Shown in pieces: positions 12,224-22,513 of a stretch of 64,000 bases of DNA. The stretch lies in NCBI GenBank assembly GCA_033582715.1, contig JAVQZZ010000001.1, forward strand, positions 118,431 to 182,430, written 5' to 3'. Position 1 is the first letter of the stretch. The number at the start of each line of letters is the position of its first letter. The position numbers and the translations under genes were made by a program. Below the pieces are notes generated by a model. That model saw nothing but the letters and a program-made list of their open reading frames with translations, searched no databases and was not told where the DNA came from. Source of the stretch: Lysobacterales bacterium (GTDB lineage Bacteria; Pseudomonadota; Gammaproteobacteria; Xanthomonadales; BPKI01).

Positions 12224-13482
12224 GACCCGCGCCGCCGGCGGCGCCGCCTGCGGCGGCCCGCCTCCCCCGCCCCCTCGCCGGAGGGTCCGCGCGCCGGTGG
12301 CGCGGAGGGGGGCGAGAGCAGCTCGGCGGTGACCGGCGCGCGCGGAATCGTCATGCCGATGTAGCGCTCGATCTCCGGCAGGCTCATGGCGTAGAGATCG
12401 CAGGCGAAGCTGACCGCGTCCCCCTCGGCGCCGAGCCTCGCGGTGCGGCCGATGCGGTGCACGTAGTCCTCGGGATCCTGGGGCAGGTCGAAGTTGAAGA
12501 CGTGGCTCACCTCGGGGATGTGCAGGCCGCGGGCGGCGACGTCGGTGGCCACCAGGATCGCGAGCTCCCCGCGCGCGAAGCGCGCGAGCATGCTCTGGCG
12601 CTTGCGCTGCGGGACGTCGCCGGAGAGGGTGCCCACGGCGTGCCCGGCGCGCGCCAGCGCGGCGCTCACCCGGTCGGCGGCGGCGCGGGTGTTGACGAAG
12701 ACGATGCTGCGCCGCGGATCGGTGCGGGCGAGGAGGCCGGTCAGCAGCGCGAGCTTCTCCTCCGCGGCGGGAAAGTAGACGACCTGGCGGATGCGCTCGG
12801 CCGGCACCCGCTCGGGATCCACGCTCACGGTCACCGGGTCGTTCATGTGCTCGTAGGCGAGCTCCAGCACCCGGTGGCCGAGCGTGGCCGAGAAGAGCAG
12901 GCACTGCCGGCGCTCGCGCGGCGGCAGCCGGCGCAGCAGGAAGCGCAGGTCGCGGATGAAGCCGAGATCGAACATCCGGTCGGCCTCGTCGATCACCGCG
13001 ATCTCGACCGCGGCCAGCGACACCGCCCGCTGGCGGACGTAGTCGATCAACCGACCGGGCGTGGCGATCAGCACGTCGGCGCCCGCCCGGAGGGCCTCGC
13101 GCTGCCTTTCGTAGTCGACCCCGCCGTAGCAGAGCGCGAGGCGGAAGCCGAGGGCACGGTTGAGCTGCTCGGCATCGCGGTGGATCTGGATCGCGAGCTC
13201 GCGGGTGGGAGCGAGGACCAGCGCCCGCGGCTGCTCCGCCGTCCGCTCGGCGAGGGCGGGGCGGGTGGCCAGGCGCTCGAAGATCGCGGTCAGGAAGGCG
13301 AGGGTCTTGCCGGTCCCGGTCTGGGCCTGGCCGGCCACGTCGCGGCCGGCGAGCGCGGGCGGCAGCGCGGCGGCCTGGATCGGCGTGAGCCGCACGAAGC
13401 CCGCGCCGGCGAGGGCCGAGGCGACCCGTTCGGAGAGGCCGAGGGCCTCGAAGTACGTCTCGGTGAGGACGGCGCTGTGCAT
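12181..13482 (-). CDS. rhlB: DEAD-box RNA helicase RhlB
   Basis: [48 protein letters not shown]; divergent from trxA-rho; 3' end uncertain (overlaps the nuclease gene). Confidence 0.88.
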   Translation of the reverse strand: MHSAVLTETYFEALGLSERVASALAGAGFVRLTPIQAAALPPALAGRDVAGQAQTGTGKTLAFLTAIFERLATRPALAERTAEQPRALVLAPTRELAIQIHRDAEQLNRALGFRLALCYGGVDYERQREALRAGADVLIATPGRLIDYVRQRAVSLAAVEIAVIDEADRMFDLGFIRDLRFLLRRLPPRERRQCLLFSATLGHRVLELAYEHMNDPVTVSVDPERVPAERIRQVVYFPAAEEKLALLTGLLARTDPRRSIVFVNTRAAADRVSAALARAGHAVGTLSGDVPQRKRQSMLARFARGELAILVATDVAARGLHIPEVSHVFNFDLPQDPEDYVHRIGRTARLGAEGDAVSFACDLYAMSLPEIERYIGMTIPRAPVTAELLSPPSAPPARGPSGEGAGEAGRRRRRRRRRGSQGAAEASSTQTGS

Positions 13483-13654
13483 TCGTCTTTCCGGCGCGGG
13501 CGCTTGCAAAGATGGGGATGTTAGGCTGAAATGGAATGGCTCGTCTGCGAGCCTCCGATCGGCGGCCCTCCTCCGCGTGGCCGCCCTTCCTGCGACACCC
13601 GCTCCTGTGCCCACGCCCCGCCCCGCGCGCGGCTCGCTGCGTCTGGAGTTTCCC

Positions 13655-13985
13655 TTGAACGCGAAGATCCTCGAAGTGACCGACGGCGATTTCGCCGAAA
13701 AGGTGCTCAAGGCCGCAAGGCCCGGTGCTGGTCGACTTCTGGGCCGAATGGTGCGGTCCCTGCCGCATGCTGGCGCCCCTGCTCGACGAGGTCGCCGAGA
13801 GGTACCAGGGACGGCTCACCGTGGCCAAGCTCAACGTGGACCACAACCCGCACACCGCGCGGCAGTACGGGATCCGCGGCATCCCCACCCTGATCCTGTT
13901 CCGCGACGGCCAGCCGCAGGCGACCCAGATCGGTCTGCTCAGCCTCGGCCAGCTCGAGCAGCTGGTCGAGCGCCAGCTCGCCTGA
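13655..13985 (+). CDS. trxA: Thioredoxin (frameshift near 13720)
   Basis: TTG start with GGAG upstream; [22 protein letters not shown]; between rhlB and rho. Confidence 0.92.
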
Positions 13986-14018
13986 GCGCGGCAGCCGCGC
14001 GAGCGCACCGGACCTCCC

Positions 14019-15386
14019 ATGGCACGAAGAAGACGCGAACACGGACCGGCCCCCGCCCTCCCCGACATCACCGAGGCGGAGCTCGAGGAGGCGCAGCAGC
14101 AGCCGGAGGACCCCAACCGCAAGACGCTGCACCTCTCCGAGCTCAAGCGCATGCCGGCGCACGAGCTGCTGCGCATGGCGGAGGAGCTCGGGGTCACCGA
14201 GGGCGTGGCGCGCTCGCGCCGCCAGGACGTGGTCTTCGCGATCCTCAAGGCGCATGCCCGACAGGGGGGCGCCATCTACGGCGAGGGCGTGCTCGAGATC
14301 ATGCAGGACGGCTACGGCTTCCTGCGCGGCGCCGAGGCCTCCTATCTCGCCGGCCCCGACGACGTCTACGTCAGCCCGAGCCAGGTGCGGCGCTTCAACC
14401 TGCGCACCGGCGACCACCTCCGCGGCACCGTGCGCCCGCCCAAGGAGGGCGAGCGCTACTTCGCCCTGGTCCGGGTCGACAGCATCAACGACGAGCCGCC
14501 CGAGGCCTCGCGGCACAAGGTCCTGTTCGAGAACCTGACGCCGCTGTTCCCGCGCGAGCGCTTCGTGCTCGAGCGCGGCAACGGCTCGAGCGAGGACATC
14601 ACTGGCCGCATCCTCGACCTGATCGCGCCCATCGGCAAGGGCCAGCGCGGCCTGATCGTCTCCCCGCCCAAGGCGGGCAAGACGATGATGATGCAGCACA
14701 TCGCGCTCGCCATCCTCGCCAACCACCCGGGCGTGCACATGATCGTGCTGCTGATCGACGAGCGCCCGGAGGAGGTGACCGAGATGCGGCGCACGGTGCG
14801 CGCCGAGGTGATCTCGTCCACCTTCGACGAGCCCGCGGCCCGCCACGTGCAGGTGGCGGAGATGGTGATCGAGCGCGCCAAGCGCCTGGTCGAGCACAAG
14901 CGCGACGTGGTGATCCTGCTCGACTCGATCACCCGCCTGAGCCGCGCCTACAACACCGTGGTGCCGAGCTCGGGCAAGGTGCTCACCGGCGGCGTCGACG
15001 CCAACGCCCTGCAGCGCCCGAAGCGCTTCTTCGGCGCGGCGCGCAACCTCGAGGAGGGCGGCTCGCTCACCATCATCGCCACCGCCCTGATCGACACCGG
15101 CTCGAAGATGGACGAGGTGATCTACGAGGAGTTCAAGGGCACCGGCAACATGGAGGTCCACCTCGAGCGCCGGATCGCCGAGAAGCGCGTCTACCCGGCG
15201 ATCAACATCAACCGCTCGGGCACCCGCCGCGAGGAGCTGCTGATCGATCCCGACCGGCTGCAGAAGATCTGGATCCTGCGCAAGCTGCTCCATCCCATGG
15301 ACGAGCTCGCGGCGATGGAGTTCCTGCTCGACAAGATGAAGAACACCAGGACCAACGACGAGTTCTTCGCCGCGATGCGGCGCTGA
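14019..15386 (+). CDS. rho: Transcription termination factor Rho
   Basis: [65 protein letters not shown]. Confidence 0.98.
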   Translation: MARRRREHGPAPALPDITEAELEEAQQQPEDPNRKTLHLSELKRMPAHELLRMAEELGVTEGVARSRRQDVVFAILKAHARQGGAIYGEGVLEIMQDGYGFLRGAEASYLAGPDDVYVSPSQVRRFNLRTGDHLRGTVRPPKEGERYFALVRVDSINDEPPEASRHKVLFENLTPLFPRERFVLERGNGSSEDITGRILDLIAPIGKGQRGLIVSPPKAGKTMMMQHIALAILANHPGVHMIVLLIDERPEEVTEMRRTVRAEVISSTFDEPAARHVQVAEMVIERAKRLVEHKRDVVILLDSITRLSRAYNTVVPSSGKVLTGGVDANALQRPKRFFGAARNLEEGGSLTIIATALIDTGSKMDEVIYEEFKGTGNMEVHLERRIAEKRVYPAININRSGTRREELLIDPDRLQKIWILRKLLHPMDELAAMEFLLDKMKNTRTNDEFFAAMRR

Positions 15387-15500
15387 GCGACCGTCGCGCG
15401 GCCGCCGCCCAGGCTGCGGTCGCTCCCGAAGAGGATGCGGGGCGGTGCGTCGGGGACGCACCGCCCCGCTGGCTTCAGGGCCGCCGCGTTCGGCCTCCGC

Positions 15501-18500
15501 TCAGCCGCGCCGCGCCAGGCCGCGGCGGGCCGCGCCGCCCGCCACGAGCATCGCGAGGGCGAGCAGGGCGAGCGCCGGCAGGCCGAACGCCGGGATCGCC
15601 CGCGGCGGACCCGCCCCGCGCAGCGTAACCACCGCCGTCGAGGTCGAGGTCACGATCACGTTGCCCGGCGCCGGACCCCGGCCCTGCGCGGTCGCGACGT
15701 TGGTGAGCGTGTTCCCGGCGATCACGTCGGCCGCGTTGATCACCCGGCTGCCGGTGCAGGTGAGCGTCTGCGTCGGCGCCAGCACGGCCGGCTGCGGCGG
15801 CGTGCAGGTGAGCGACGGCAGCAGCGGGTCGCTGATGGTCACGTTGCTCAGCGTCACCCCGCCGGTGTTGGTCGCGACCAGGGTGTAGTTCACCGTCTCG
15901 CCCACGTCGCCGAGCCCGTTGCCGTTGCTGTCCACCAGCGTGGCGGTCTTGACCAGCTGGATCGCCGGACCCGAGGCCGAGCTGGTGGCGGTGGCCGAGG
16001 CCGGCGGGGCGTTGACCTGCCCGCCGCCCGGCCGGGTCCCCGAGGCGTTCGCCGTGTTGGTGACGCTGCCCGCATCCACGTTGGCCTGGGTCACCGTGTA
16101 GCTGCCGGTGCAGGTCAGCGTCTGGCCCGGGGCGAGCGTCGCCGGTGCCGCCGGGGTGCAGCTCAGCGTCCCGAGCAGCGGGTCGGTGATGCTCACGTTG
16201 CTCAACGTCACGTTGCCGGTGTTGGTCGCGACCAGCTGGTAGCTGATCACCTGGCCGGCGGCGCTAAAGGGATTGCCGGCGGTGATGGACTTGGTGAGCG
16301 AGAGGCCCGGGTTCTGGTTGCCGGTCGCGCTCGCCGAGGCCGGCGGCGCACTCACCTGACCGCCGCCCGGTCGAGTGCCGGAGGCGTTCGCGGTGTTGTT
16401 CACCACGCCCGCATCGACGTTGGCCTGGGTCACCGTGTAGCTGCCGGTGCAGGTCAGCGTCTGGCCCGGGGCGAGCGTCGCCGGCGCCGCCGGGGTGCAG
16501 CTGAGCGTCCCGAGCAGCGGGTCGGTGATCGAGACGTTGGTGAGCGTCACGTTGCCGGTGTTGGTCGCGACCAGCTGGTAGTTGATCACCTGGCCGGCGG
16601 CGTTGAAGGGGCTGCCCGAGGTGATGGCCTTGGTCAGGCCGAGCCCCGGATTCTGGGTCGCCGTCGCCGTGGCCTGGGCATTCGCGCTCACCTGGCCGCC
16701 GCCGGGTCGGGTCCCGGTGACCGTGGCGGTGTTGTTGACGCTGCCGGCATCGACGTTGGCCTGGGTCACCGTGTAGCTGCCGGTGCAGGTCAGCGTCTGG
16801 CCGGGGGCGAGCGTCGTCGGCTGCGCGGGCGTACAGCTGAGCGTCCCGAGCAGCGGGTCGGTGATGCTCACGCTGGTGAGCGTCACGTTGCCGGTGTTGG
16901 TGGCGACCAGCTGGTAGCCGATCACGTTGCCCGGGGCACTGTACGGGCTGCCCGAGGTGATGGTCTTCAATAGGTTGAGCGCCGGGTTCTGGGTCGCCAC
17001 GGCGGTGGCCTGCGCCGGCGGGGCGTTGACCTGCCCGCCGCCCGGCCGGGTGCCGGAGGCATTCGCCGTGTTCGTCACCGAGCCGGCATCGACGTTCGCC
17101 TGGGTCACCGTGTAGCTGCCCGTGCAGGTCAGCGTCTGGCCGGGATTGAGGGTGGCCGGCTGCGCCGGGGTGCAGCTGAGCGTCCCGAGCAGCGGATCGG
17201 TGATCGTGACGTTGGTCAGTGTCACGTTGCCGATGTTGGTGGCGACGATCTGGTAGTTGATGACGTTGCCCGGGGCGCTGTACGGGCTGCCCGAGGTGAC
17301 CGTCTTGCTCAGCGCCAGCGACGGATTCTGGGTGGCCGTCGCGGTGGCCGAGGCGGGCGGGGCGTTGACCGTGCCGCCGCCCGGCGCGGTGCCGGAGGCG
17401 TTCGCGGTGTTGGTGACGCTGCCGTTGTTGACGTCGGCGACGGTCACCGTGTAGCTCCCGGTGCAGGTGAGCGCCTGGCCCGGGGCGAGCGTGGCCGGCG
17501 CCGCCGGGGTGCAGCTCAGCGTCCCGAGCAGCGGATCCGTGATCGAGACGTTCGTCAGCGTCACGTTGCCGGTGTTCGTCGCGACCAGCTGGTAGCCGAT
17601 CACCTGTCCGGCCGCGCTGTACGGATTGCCCGAGGTGATGGTCTTGGTCAGGCCGAGCGCCGGATTCTGGTTCGCCACCGCCGTGGCCGAGGCGGGCGGG
17701 GCGTTGACCGTCGCACCGCCCGGCGCGGTGCCGGAGGCGTTCGCGGTGTTGGTCACCGAGCCCGCATCCACGTTGGCCTGGGTCACCGTGTAGCTGCCGG
17801 TGCAGGTGAGCGTCTGGCCCGGCGCCAGCGTCGCCGGCTGCGCCGGGGTGCAGCTCAGCGTCCCGAGCAGCGGATCCGTGATCGAGACGTTCGTCAGCGT
17901 CACGTTGCCGGTGTTGGTGGCGACGAGCTGGTAGCTGATGACGTTGCCGGCCGCGCTGTAGGGGCTGCCCGAGGTGATGGTCTTGGCGAGGCCGAGCGCC
18001 GGATTCTGGTTCGCCACCGCCGTGGCCGAGGCGGGCGGGGCGTTGACCGTCGCACCGCCCGGCGCGGTGCCGGAGGCGTTCGCGGTGTTGGTCACCGAGC
18101 CCGCATCCACGTTGGCCTGGGTCACCGTGTAGCTGCCGGTGCAGGTGAGCGTCTGGCCCGGCGCCAGCGTCGCCGGCTGCGCCGGGGTGCAGCTCAGCGT
18201 CCCGAGCAGCGGATCCGTGATCGAGACGTTCGTCAGCGTCACGTTGCCGGTGTTCGTCGCGACGATCTGGTAGTTGATGACGTTGCCGGCCGCGTTGAAG
18301 GGGCTGCCCGAGGTGATGGTCTTGGCGAGGCCGAGCGCCGGATTCTGGCTCGCCGTCGCCGTGGCCGAGGCCGGCGGGGCGTTGACCGTCGCACCGCCCG
18401 GCGCGGTGCCGGAGGCGTTCGCGGTGTTCGTCACCGAGCCCGCGTCCACGTTGGCCTGGGTCACCGTGTAGCTGCCAGTGCAGGTGAGCGTCTGGCCGGG

Positions 18501-20693
18501 GGCCAGCGTCGTCGGCTGCGCCGGGGTGCAGCTCAGCGTCCCGAGCAGCGGATCCGTGATCGAGACGTTGGTCAGCGTCACGTTGCCGGTGTTCGTCGCG
18601 ACGATCTGGTAGTTGATGACGTTGCCGGCCGCGTTGAAGGGGCTGCCCGAGGTGATGGTCTTGGCGAGGGCGAGCGCCGGATTCTGGTTCGCCGTCGCCG
18701 TGGCCGAGGCGGGCGGGGCGTTGACCGTGCCGCCGCCCGGCGCGGTGCCGGAGGCGTTCGCGGTGTTCGTCACCGAGCCCGCATCCACGTTGGCCTGGGT
18801 CACCGTGTAGCTGCCCGTGCAGGTCAGCGTCTGGCCGGGATTGAGGGTGGCCGGCGCGGCCGGAGTGCAGGAGAGCGTGCCGAGCAGCGGATCGGTGATC
18901 GAGACGTTCGTCAGCGGCACGTTGCCGGTGTTGGTCGCGACGATCTGGTAGTTGATGACGTTGCCGGGCGCGCTGTAGGGGCTGCCGGAAGTGATGGTCT
19001 TGCTCAGGCCGAGCTGCGGGCAGCCCTCGAACAGGCTGAAGCCCGCGGTGGAGGTGACGCCGGGCGCCCCGTCGGTCGCGCCGTTGCGGGGGAACTCGGT
19101 CACGGCGGCCGAGGTCGTGGTGCCGCCGCTGCCGCCCGCGGCCTGGAGCGTGGCCCCGGAGAGTCCCGCGACCGCGACCAGGCCGCCGCCGCCGCCGCCG
19201 CCCGGACCCTCGCTCTCGTCGTTGGTGATGAGCTGGTTGCCGCCATCGCCGCCATTGGCGCGGACGGTGCCCGAGAAGCTCCCGCCGTTCGCCCGGAGCA
19301 GGACCGTGCCGCCCGCGCCGCCGCCGCCAGGCCCGTCGTTGTGCCCGGGAACCGAGTTCGCCCCGGCCGCCCCGTCGGCGCGGATCTGGCCGCTGCCGGC
19401 CACGCTGCCGGCGCGGATCAGCACCAGTCCGCCGCCGGCCCCGCCGCTGCCGCCGGCGTTGTTGTTCATCGCGCCCGCGCCGCCGCCGCCGCCGAAGAAG
19501 ACCCGGTTGGCGATCGTGTAGGCCAGCGGCCGGCCGCCCCAGCCCCCCTTGGCGCGGCGGAAGTCGCCGGTCCACGCGCTGTTGCCGGGGGGGAGGGTGA
19601 GGGCGTTCTGGTTCGAGAAGGCGAAGGTGTAGCCCCCGCGACCGCCGCCCACGTGCTGGGTGTGGGCGTTGCCGTTGGCGATGTAGGCCGGATCAAGGGT
19701 CCAGGCCGCGGCCCCCGGCACGGTCGTCGGCATGATCCCCTGGCCGCACCAGGTGATGGCGGGATTCGTGGCGTCGTAGGTCGCGGTGCCGGCGGTGCAG
19801 TAGGGGGTGAGGCTCGCCGCCACGTTGGCGCCGCCGCCGCCGCCGCCGTTGTGGCTGCCGCCGCCGCCGCCGCCATTGGCCGGCGCGGCCTCGTCGAAGC
19901 TCCCGCCGGGATTGGAGAAGGGGAGCGTCGAATAACTCGCACCCGGCGGCGCGACGCTCAGGCTGGCGATGCCCTCGCCCTTGTGGCCGCCGGCAGGATC
20001 GTCGTTGCTGCGGAAGGCGAAGGGGCTGGTGCCGCCCGAGGGACGGTCGTTGTTCTCCCGCACGCCGCCGCGGAAGCCGCGCCCGTCGGCGTGGACCGCG
20101 CCGTTCACGGTGAGCGTCTGGTTCACGAACAGGGCGACGATGCCCCCGCGGGCGCCGTCCCAGGCCTGCGCGACCACCGAGCCGCCGGCCTGGACGTCGA
20201 GGTTCTGGTACTGCGGGATGCGCACCACCTGCGTGTGGGCGGCGTCGAAGGCATAGCGCAGGCCGACGCAGGACGCGCCGTCGTTCACCGGCTCGATGCT
20301 GATCGTGTTGCCGCTTACCCCCGCCACCGAGCGGATCTCGTAGCGGCCGGCGCTGCCGTAATCCACGATCGAGCCGTAGAGGTGGCTCGCGCTGGTGTCG
20401 ATGGTCGCCCCGCGCGCCTGGTAGATCAGGATCAGGTCGCCGGCGGCGAGCGGCCCGCCGCCGACCGGCTCCGGACTGTTGAGATCGCTGATGTTGGTCA
20501 CCGTGATGGAGAGCGCGCCGACGCTTGCGCTCGCCGCGAGCAGCGCATACTGGTTGAGCACGGTGTTGGCCGCCGTCACCGTGCGGTTGCCGTTCTTGCC
20601 CGGCAGGAAGGCGAGGAGCTCGCCCGAGCCAAGCGCGAAGAGGGCCGCGGCCACGGCGGCCGAGCGAAGAAGGCGGTGCGCGTATGCCATCAC
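15501..20693 (-). CDS. 1730-aa secreted surface protein: signal peptide, Gly-rich head, ten DUF11-like Ig repeats, IPTL-CTERM-like tail
   Basis: Intact ORF; signal peptide; poly-Gly tracts; ten ~113-aa repeats LxKT..YQxVATNTGNVTL..ITDPLL..C..C..VTNTA; tail PPRAIPAFGLPALALLALAMLVAGGAARRGLARRG. Confidence 0.85.
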   Translation of the reverse strand: MMAYAHRLLRSAAVAAALFALGSGELLAFLPGKNGNRTVTAANTVLNQYALLAASASVGALSITVTNISDLNSPEPVGGGPLAAGDLILIYQARGATIDTSASHLYGSIVDYGSAGRYEIRSVAGVSGNTISIEPVNDGASCVGLRYAFDAAHTQVVRIPQYQNLDVQAGGSVVAQAWDGARGGIVALFVNQTLTVNGAVHADGRGFRGGVRENNDRPSGGTSPFAFRSNDDPAGGHKGEGIASLSVAPPGASYSTLPFSNPGGSFDEAAPANGGGGGGSHNGGGGGGANVAASLTPYCTAGTATYDATNPAITWCGQGIMPTTVPGAAAWTLDPAYIANGNAHTQHVGGGRGGYTFAFSNQNALTLPPGNSAWTGDFRRAKGGWGGRPLAYTIANRVFFGGGGGAGAMNNNAGGSGGAGGGLVLIRAGSVAGSGQIRADGAAGANSVPGHNDGPGGGGAGGTVLLRANGGSFSGTVRANGGDGGNQLITNDESEGPGGGGGGGLVAVAGLSGATLQAAGGSGGTTTSAAVTEFPRNGATDGAPGVTSTAGFSLFEGCPQLGLSKTITSGSPYSAPGNVINYQIVATNTGNVPLTNVSITDPLLGTLSCTPAAPATLNPGQTLTCTGSYTVTQANVDAGSVTNTANASGTAPGGGTVNAPPASATATANQNPALALAKTITSGSPFNAAGNVINYQIVATNTGNVTLTNVSITDPLLGTLSCTPAQPTTLAPGQTLTCTGSYTVTQANVDAGSVTNTANASGTAPGGATVNAPPASATATASQNPALGLAKTITSGSPFNAAGNVINYQIVATNTGNVTLTNVSITDPLLGTLSCTPAQPATLAPGQTLTCTGSYTVTQANVDAGSVTNTANASGTAPGGATVNAPPASATAVANQNPALGLAKTITSGSPYSAAGNVISYQLVATNTGNVTLTNVSITDPLLGTLSCTPAQPATLAPGQTLTCTGSYTVTQANVDAGSVTNTANASGTAPGGATVNAPPASATAVANQNPALGLTKTITSGNPYSAAGQVIGYQLVATNTGNVTLTNVSITDPLLGTLSCTPAAPATLAPGQALTCTGSYTVTVADVNNGSVTNTANASGTAPGGGTVNAPPASATATATQNPSLALSKTVTSGSPYSAPGNVINYQIVATNIGNVTLTNVTITDPLLGTLSCTPAQPATLNPGQTLTCTGSYTVTQANVDAGSVTNTANASGTRPGGGQVNAPPAQATAVATQNPALNLLKTITSGSPYSAPGNVIGYQLVATNTGNVTLTSVSITDPLLGTLSCTPAQPTTLAPGQTLTCTGSYTVTQANVDAGSVNNTATVTGTRPGGGQVSANAQATATATQNPGLGLTKAITSGSPFNAAGQVINYQLVATNTGNVTLTNVSITDPLLGTLSCTPAAPATLAPGQTLTCTGSYTVTQANVDAGVVNNTANASGTRPGGGQVSAPPASASATGNQNPGLSLTKSITAGNPFSAAGQVISYQLVATNTGNVTLSNVSITDPLLGTLSCTPAAPATLAPGQTLTCTGSYTVTQANVDAGSVTNTANASGTRPGGGQVNAPPASATATSSASGPAIQLVKTATLVDSNGNGLGDVGETVNYTLVATNTGGVTLSNVTISDPLLPSLTCTPPQPAVLAPTQTLTCTGSRVINAADVIAGNTLTNVATAQGRGPAPGNVIVTSTSTAVVTLRGAGPPRAIPAFGLPALALLALAMLVAGGAARRGLARRG
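15625..19020 (-). repeat. Intragenic tandem repeat, ~339-bp unit, 10 copies
   Basis: GTGATGGTC anchor recurs at 18991, 18652, 18313, 17974, 17635 (exact 339-bp period); central copies nearly identical at DNA level. Confidence 0.92.
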
Positions 20694-20800
20694 GGAATCC
20701 CCCGCGGGTGTTCCCCAACGCCGGCCGCTCCCCGGTGCCGTGGCGCCAGCCGCGGCGCTGCCGTCCGCGGGAGGATAACCGAGGCCATGCTTTCACGTCA

Positions 20801-20828
20801 GCAAACAATTGTTGCGAGATGAATCACG
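20801..20828. promoter_or_regulatory. AT-rich palindrome plus CRP/Clp-like site upstream of the large surface protein
   Basis: AACAATTGTT palindrome (20804-20813) next to TGCGA-GATGAA-TCACG (20813-20828; 8/10 match to TGTGA-N6-TCACA). Confidence 0.4.
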
Positions 20829-20853
20829 CTTCCCCGCCAGAGGCCGCGTTCCG

Positions 20854-21900
20854 GTGAGCGCGACCCGTCCGCCCGAGGGGAGGGGCGCGCCCGGCAAGCC
20901 CCCGGGGCGCTTCGGGACCCTCCTCCGCGCGCGCGACCCCGAGGCGGAGGCCGGGGACTCCCCCCGCGCGACCGGGCTCCGGACCGAGCTCGCGGGGGAA
21001 GTCCCGAGCGAAAACGATTCCCCGGACCTCCCCTTCGCGCGCGCCCTCGACCCCTCCCGCGGCCGCGAGCACGGCTGCATCGACTGCGACGCGCGGCCGA
21101 GCCACGCCGACCTCGGGCTCTCACCCGGCCTCGACTTCGAGACCAGGATCCTCGCGAAGGCCAATGCCGCCGAGCGCCTGCGCGCGGCCCTCGCCCGCCC
21201 GGGCGACCGGGTCCGCCCCATCCCGCTCGGCTCGAACACCGACCCCGACCGGCCGGTCAAGCGCAGGCTGCGCCTGACCCGGTCGATCCTCGAGGTCCGC
21301 GACGAGCACCGCCATGCGGCGAGCCTCCTCACCAGGAGCGCCCTCGTCCTGCGCGAGCTCGACCGCCTCGCCGCGACGGCCGCCGAGCGGCTCGTGCTCA
21401 CCGGGCTGTCCGTGCCCACCCTCGACCACCGCCTCGCCGCGCGCCGGGAGCCCCGCGCCGCCGCTCCGCACCGGCGCCTCGCCGCGGCCTCGGTTCCGGT
21501 CGGCGTGCGGGTCGCCCCGATCGTCCCGGCCCTCGACGACCACGGGTTCGAGGCGATCCTCGTCCGGGCCGCCGAGGCGGGGGCGCGCTTCGCGGGCAAC
21601 GGCCTGATCCGCCTGCCCCACGAGCTCGACGGCCTGTGCGAGGAGTGGCTGCGCGCGCACTTCCCGGAGCGGGCCGTGCGGGGGCGTGGCCGGATCCGGG
21701 AGGTGCGCGGCGGGCGCCTCGACGATCCCCGCTTCTTCGCCCGCCTGCGCGGCGCGGGACCCTTCGCCGCGCTCCTCGCCCAGCGCCTCCGTCTCGCCCG
21801 CCGCCGGCTCGGCCTCGCCGGGGGGAGGCCCTGGCGCGCCGGCGTCTCGATGCGAGCCGATTCCGGGCGCCCCATCCCCGGCTCGAGCTCTCTCCCCCTT
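20854..21900 (+). pseudogene. Degenerate PA0069/Rv2578c-family radical SAM gene
   Basis: Family motifs recognisable (NDSPDLPF, ARPSH, LSPGLDFET, LGSNTDP, RLPHEL) but NPYRGCEHGCxYC reads DPSRGREHGCIDC; no Tyr; apparent internal deletion; C-terminal frameshift. Confidence 0.78.
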
Positions 21901-21913
21901 CGCCCGGCGATCC

Positions 21914-22513
21914 GTGCTGATCGCGCTGCACAAGCCCTACGGGGTGCTCTCCCAGTTCACCGACCGGGCCGAGCCCCCGCGCCGCACCCTCGCCGAGTTC
22001 GGGCTCCCGCCCGGGGTGTGGCCGGCCGGCCGGCTCGACCTCGACAGCGAGGGGCTGCTGCTCCTCTCCGACGAGGGGGCGCTGATCCGGGAGATCACCG
22101 ACCCGCGCCGGCACTGGCCGAAGACCTACCTGGTCCAGGTCGAGGGGGAGATCGGGGAGGAGGCGCTCGAGCGCCTGCGCCGCGGCGTGCTTCTCCGCGA
22201 TGGCCGAACCCGCCCCGCGGAGGCGCGCAGGCTCTCCGGGCCGCCGCCCTGGCTCGGCCCCCGCGATCCCCCGGTGCGCTTCCGGCGCAGCGTCCCGGAC
22301 TGCTGGATCGAGCTGGTCCTGCGCGAGGGCCGCAACCGCCAGGTGCGGCGGATGACCGCCGCCGTCGGCCACCCCACCCTGCGCCTGGTGCGGATCGCCG
22401 TCGGCCCCTACCGGCTCGAGGGGCTGCCTCCCGGCGGGTGGCGCTTCCTCACTCCCCCCTCGCCCGCCTGGCGGCCGGGCCCCGCGGGTGCCGCCCGGCG
22501 AGCGCGAGGGTGA
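21914..22513 (+). CDS. rluE: RsuA/RluE-family rRNA pseudouridine synthase
   Basis: HKPYGVLSQF, AGRLDLDSEGLLLL, KTYLVQVEG, RDPPVRFR, EGRNRQVRRMTAAVGHPTLRLVR. Confidence 0.85.
   Translation: MLIALHKPYGVLSQFTDRAEPPRRTLAEFGLPPGVWPAGRLDLDSEGLLLLSDEGALIREITDPRRHWPKTYLVQVEGEIGEEALERLRRGVLLRDGRTRPAEARRLSGPPPWLGPRDPPVRFRRSVPDCWIELVLREGRNRQVRRMTAAVGHPTLRLVRIAVGPYRLEGLPPGGWRFLTPPSPAWRPGPAGAARRARG

Noticed and set aside
15625-19020. Repeat array as CRISPR or another non-coding repeat
   Set aside because: The unit is 339 bp, in frame and protein-coding, with no spacers or cas genes
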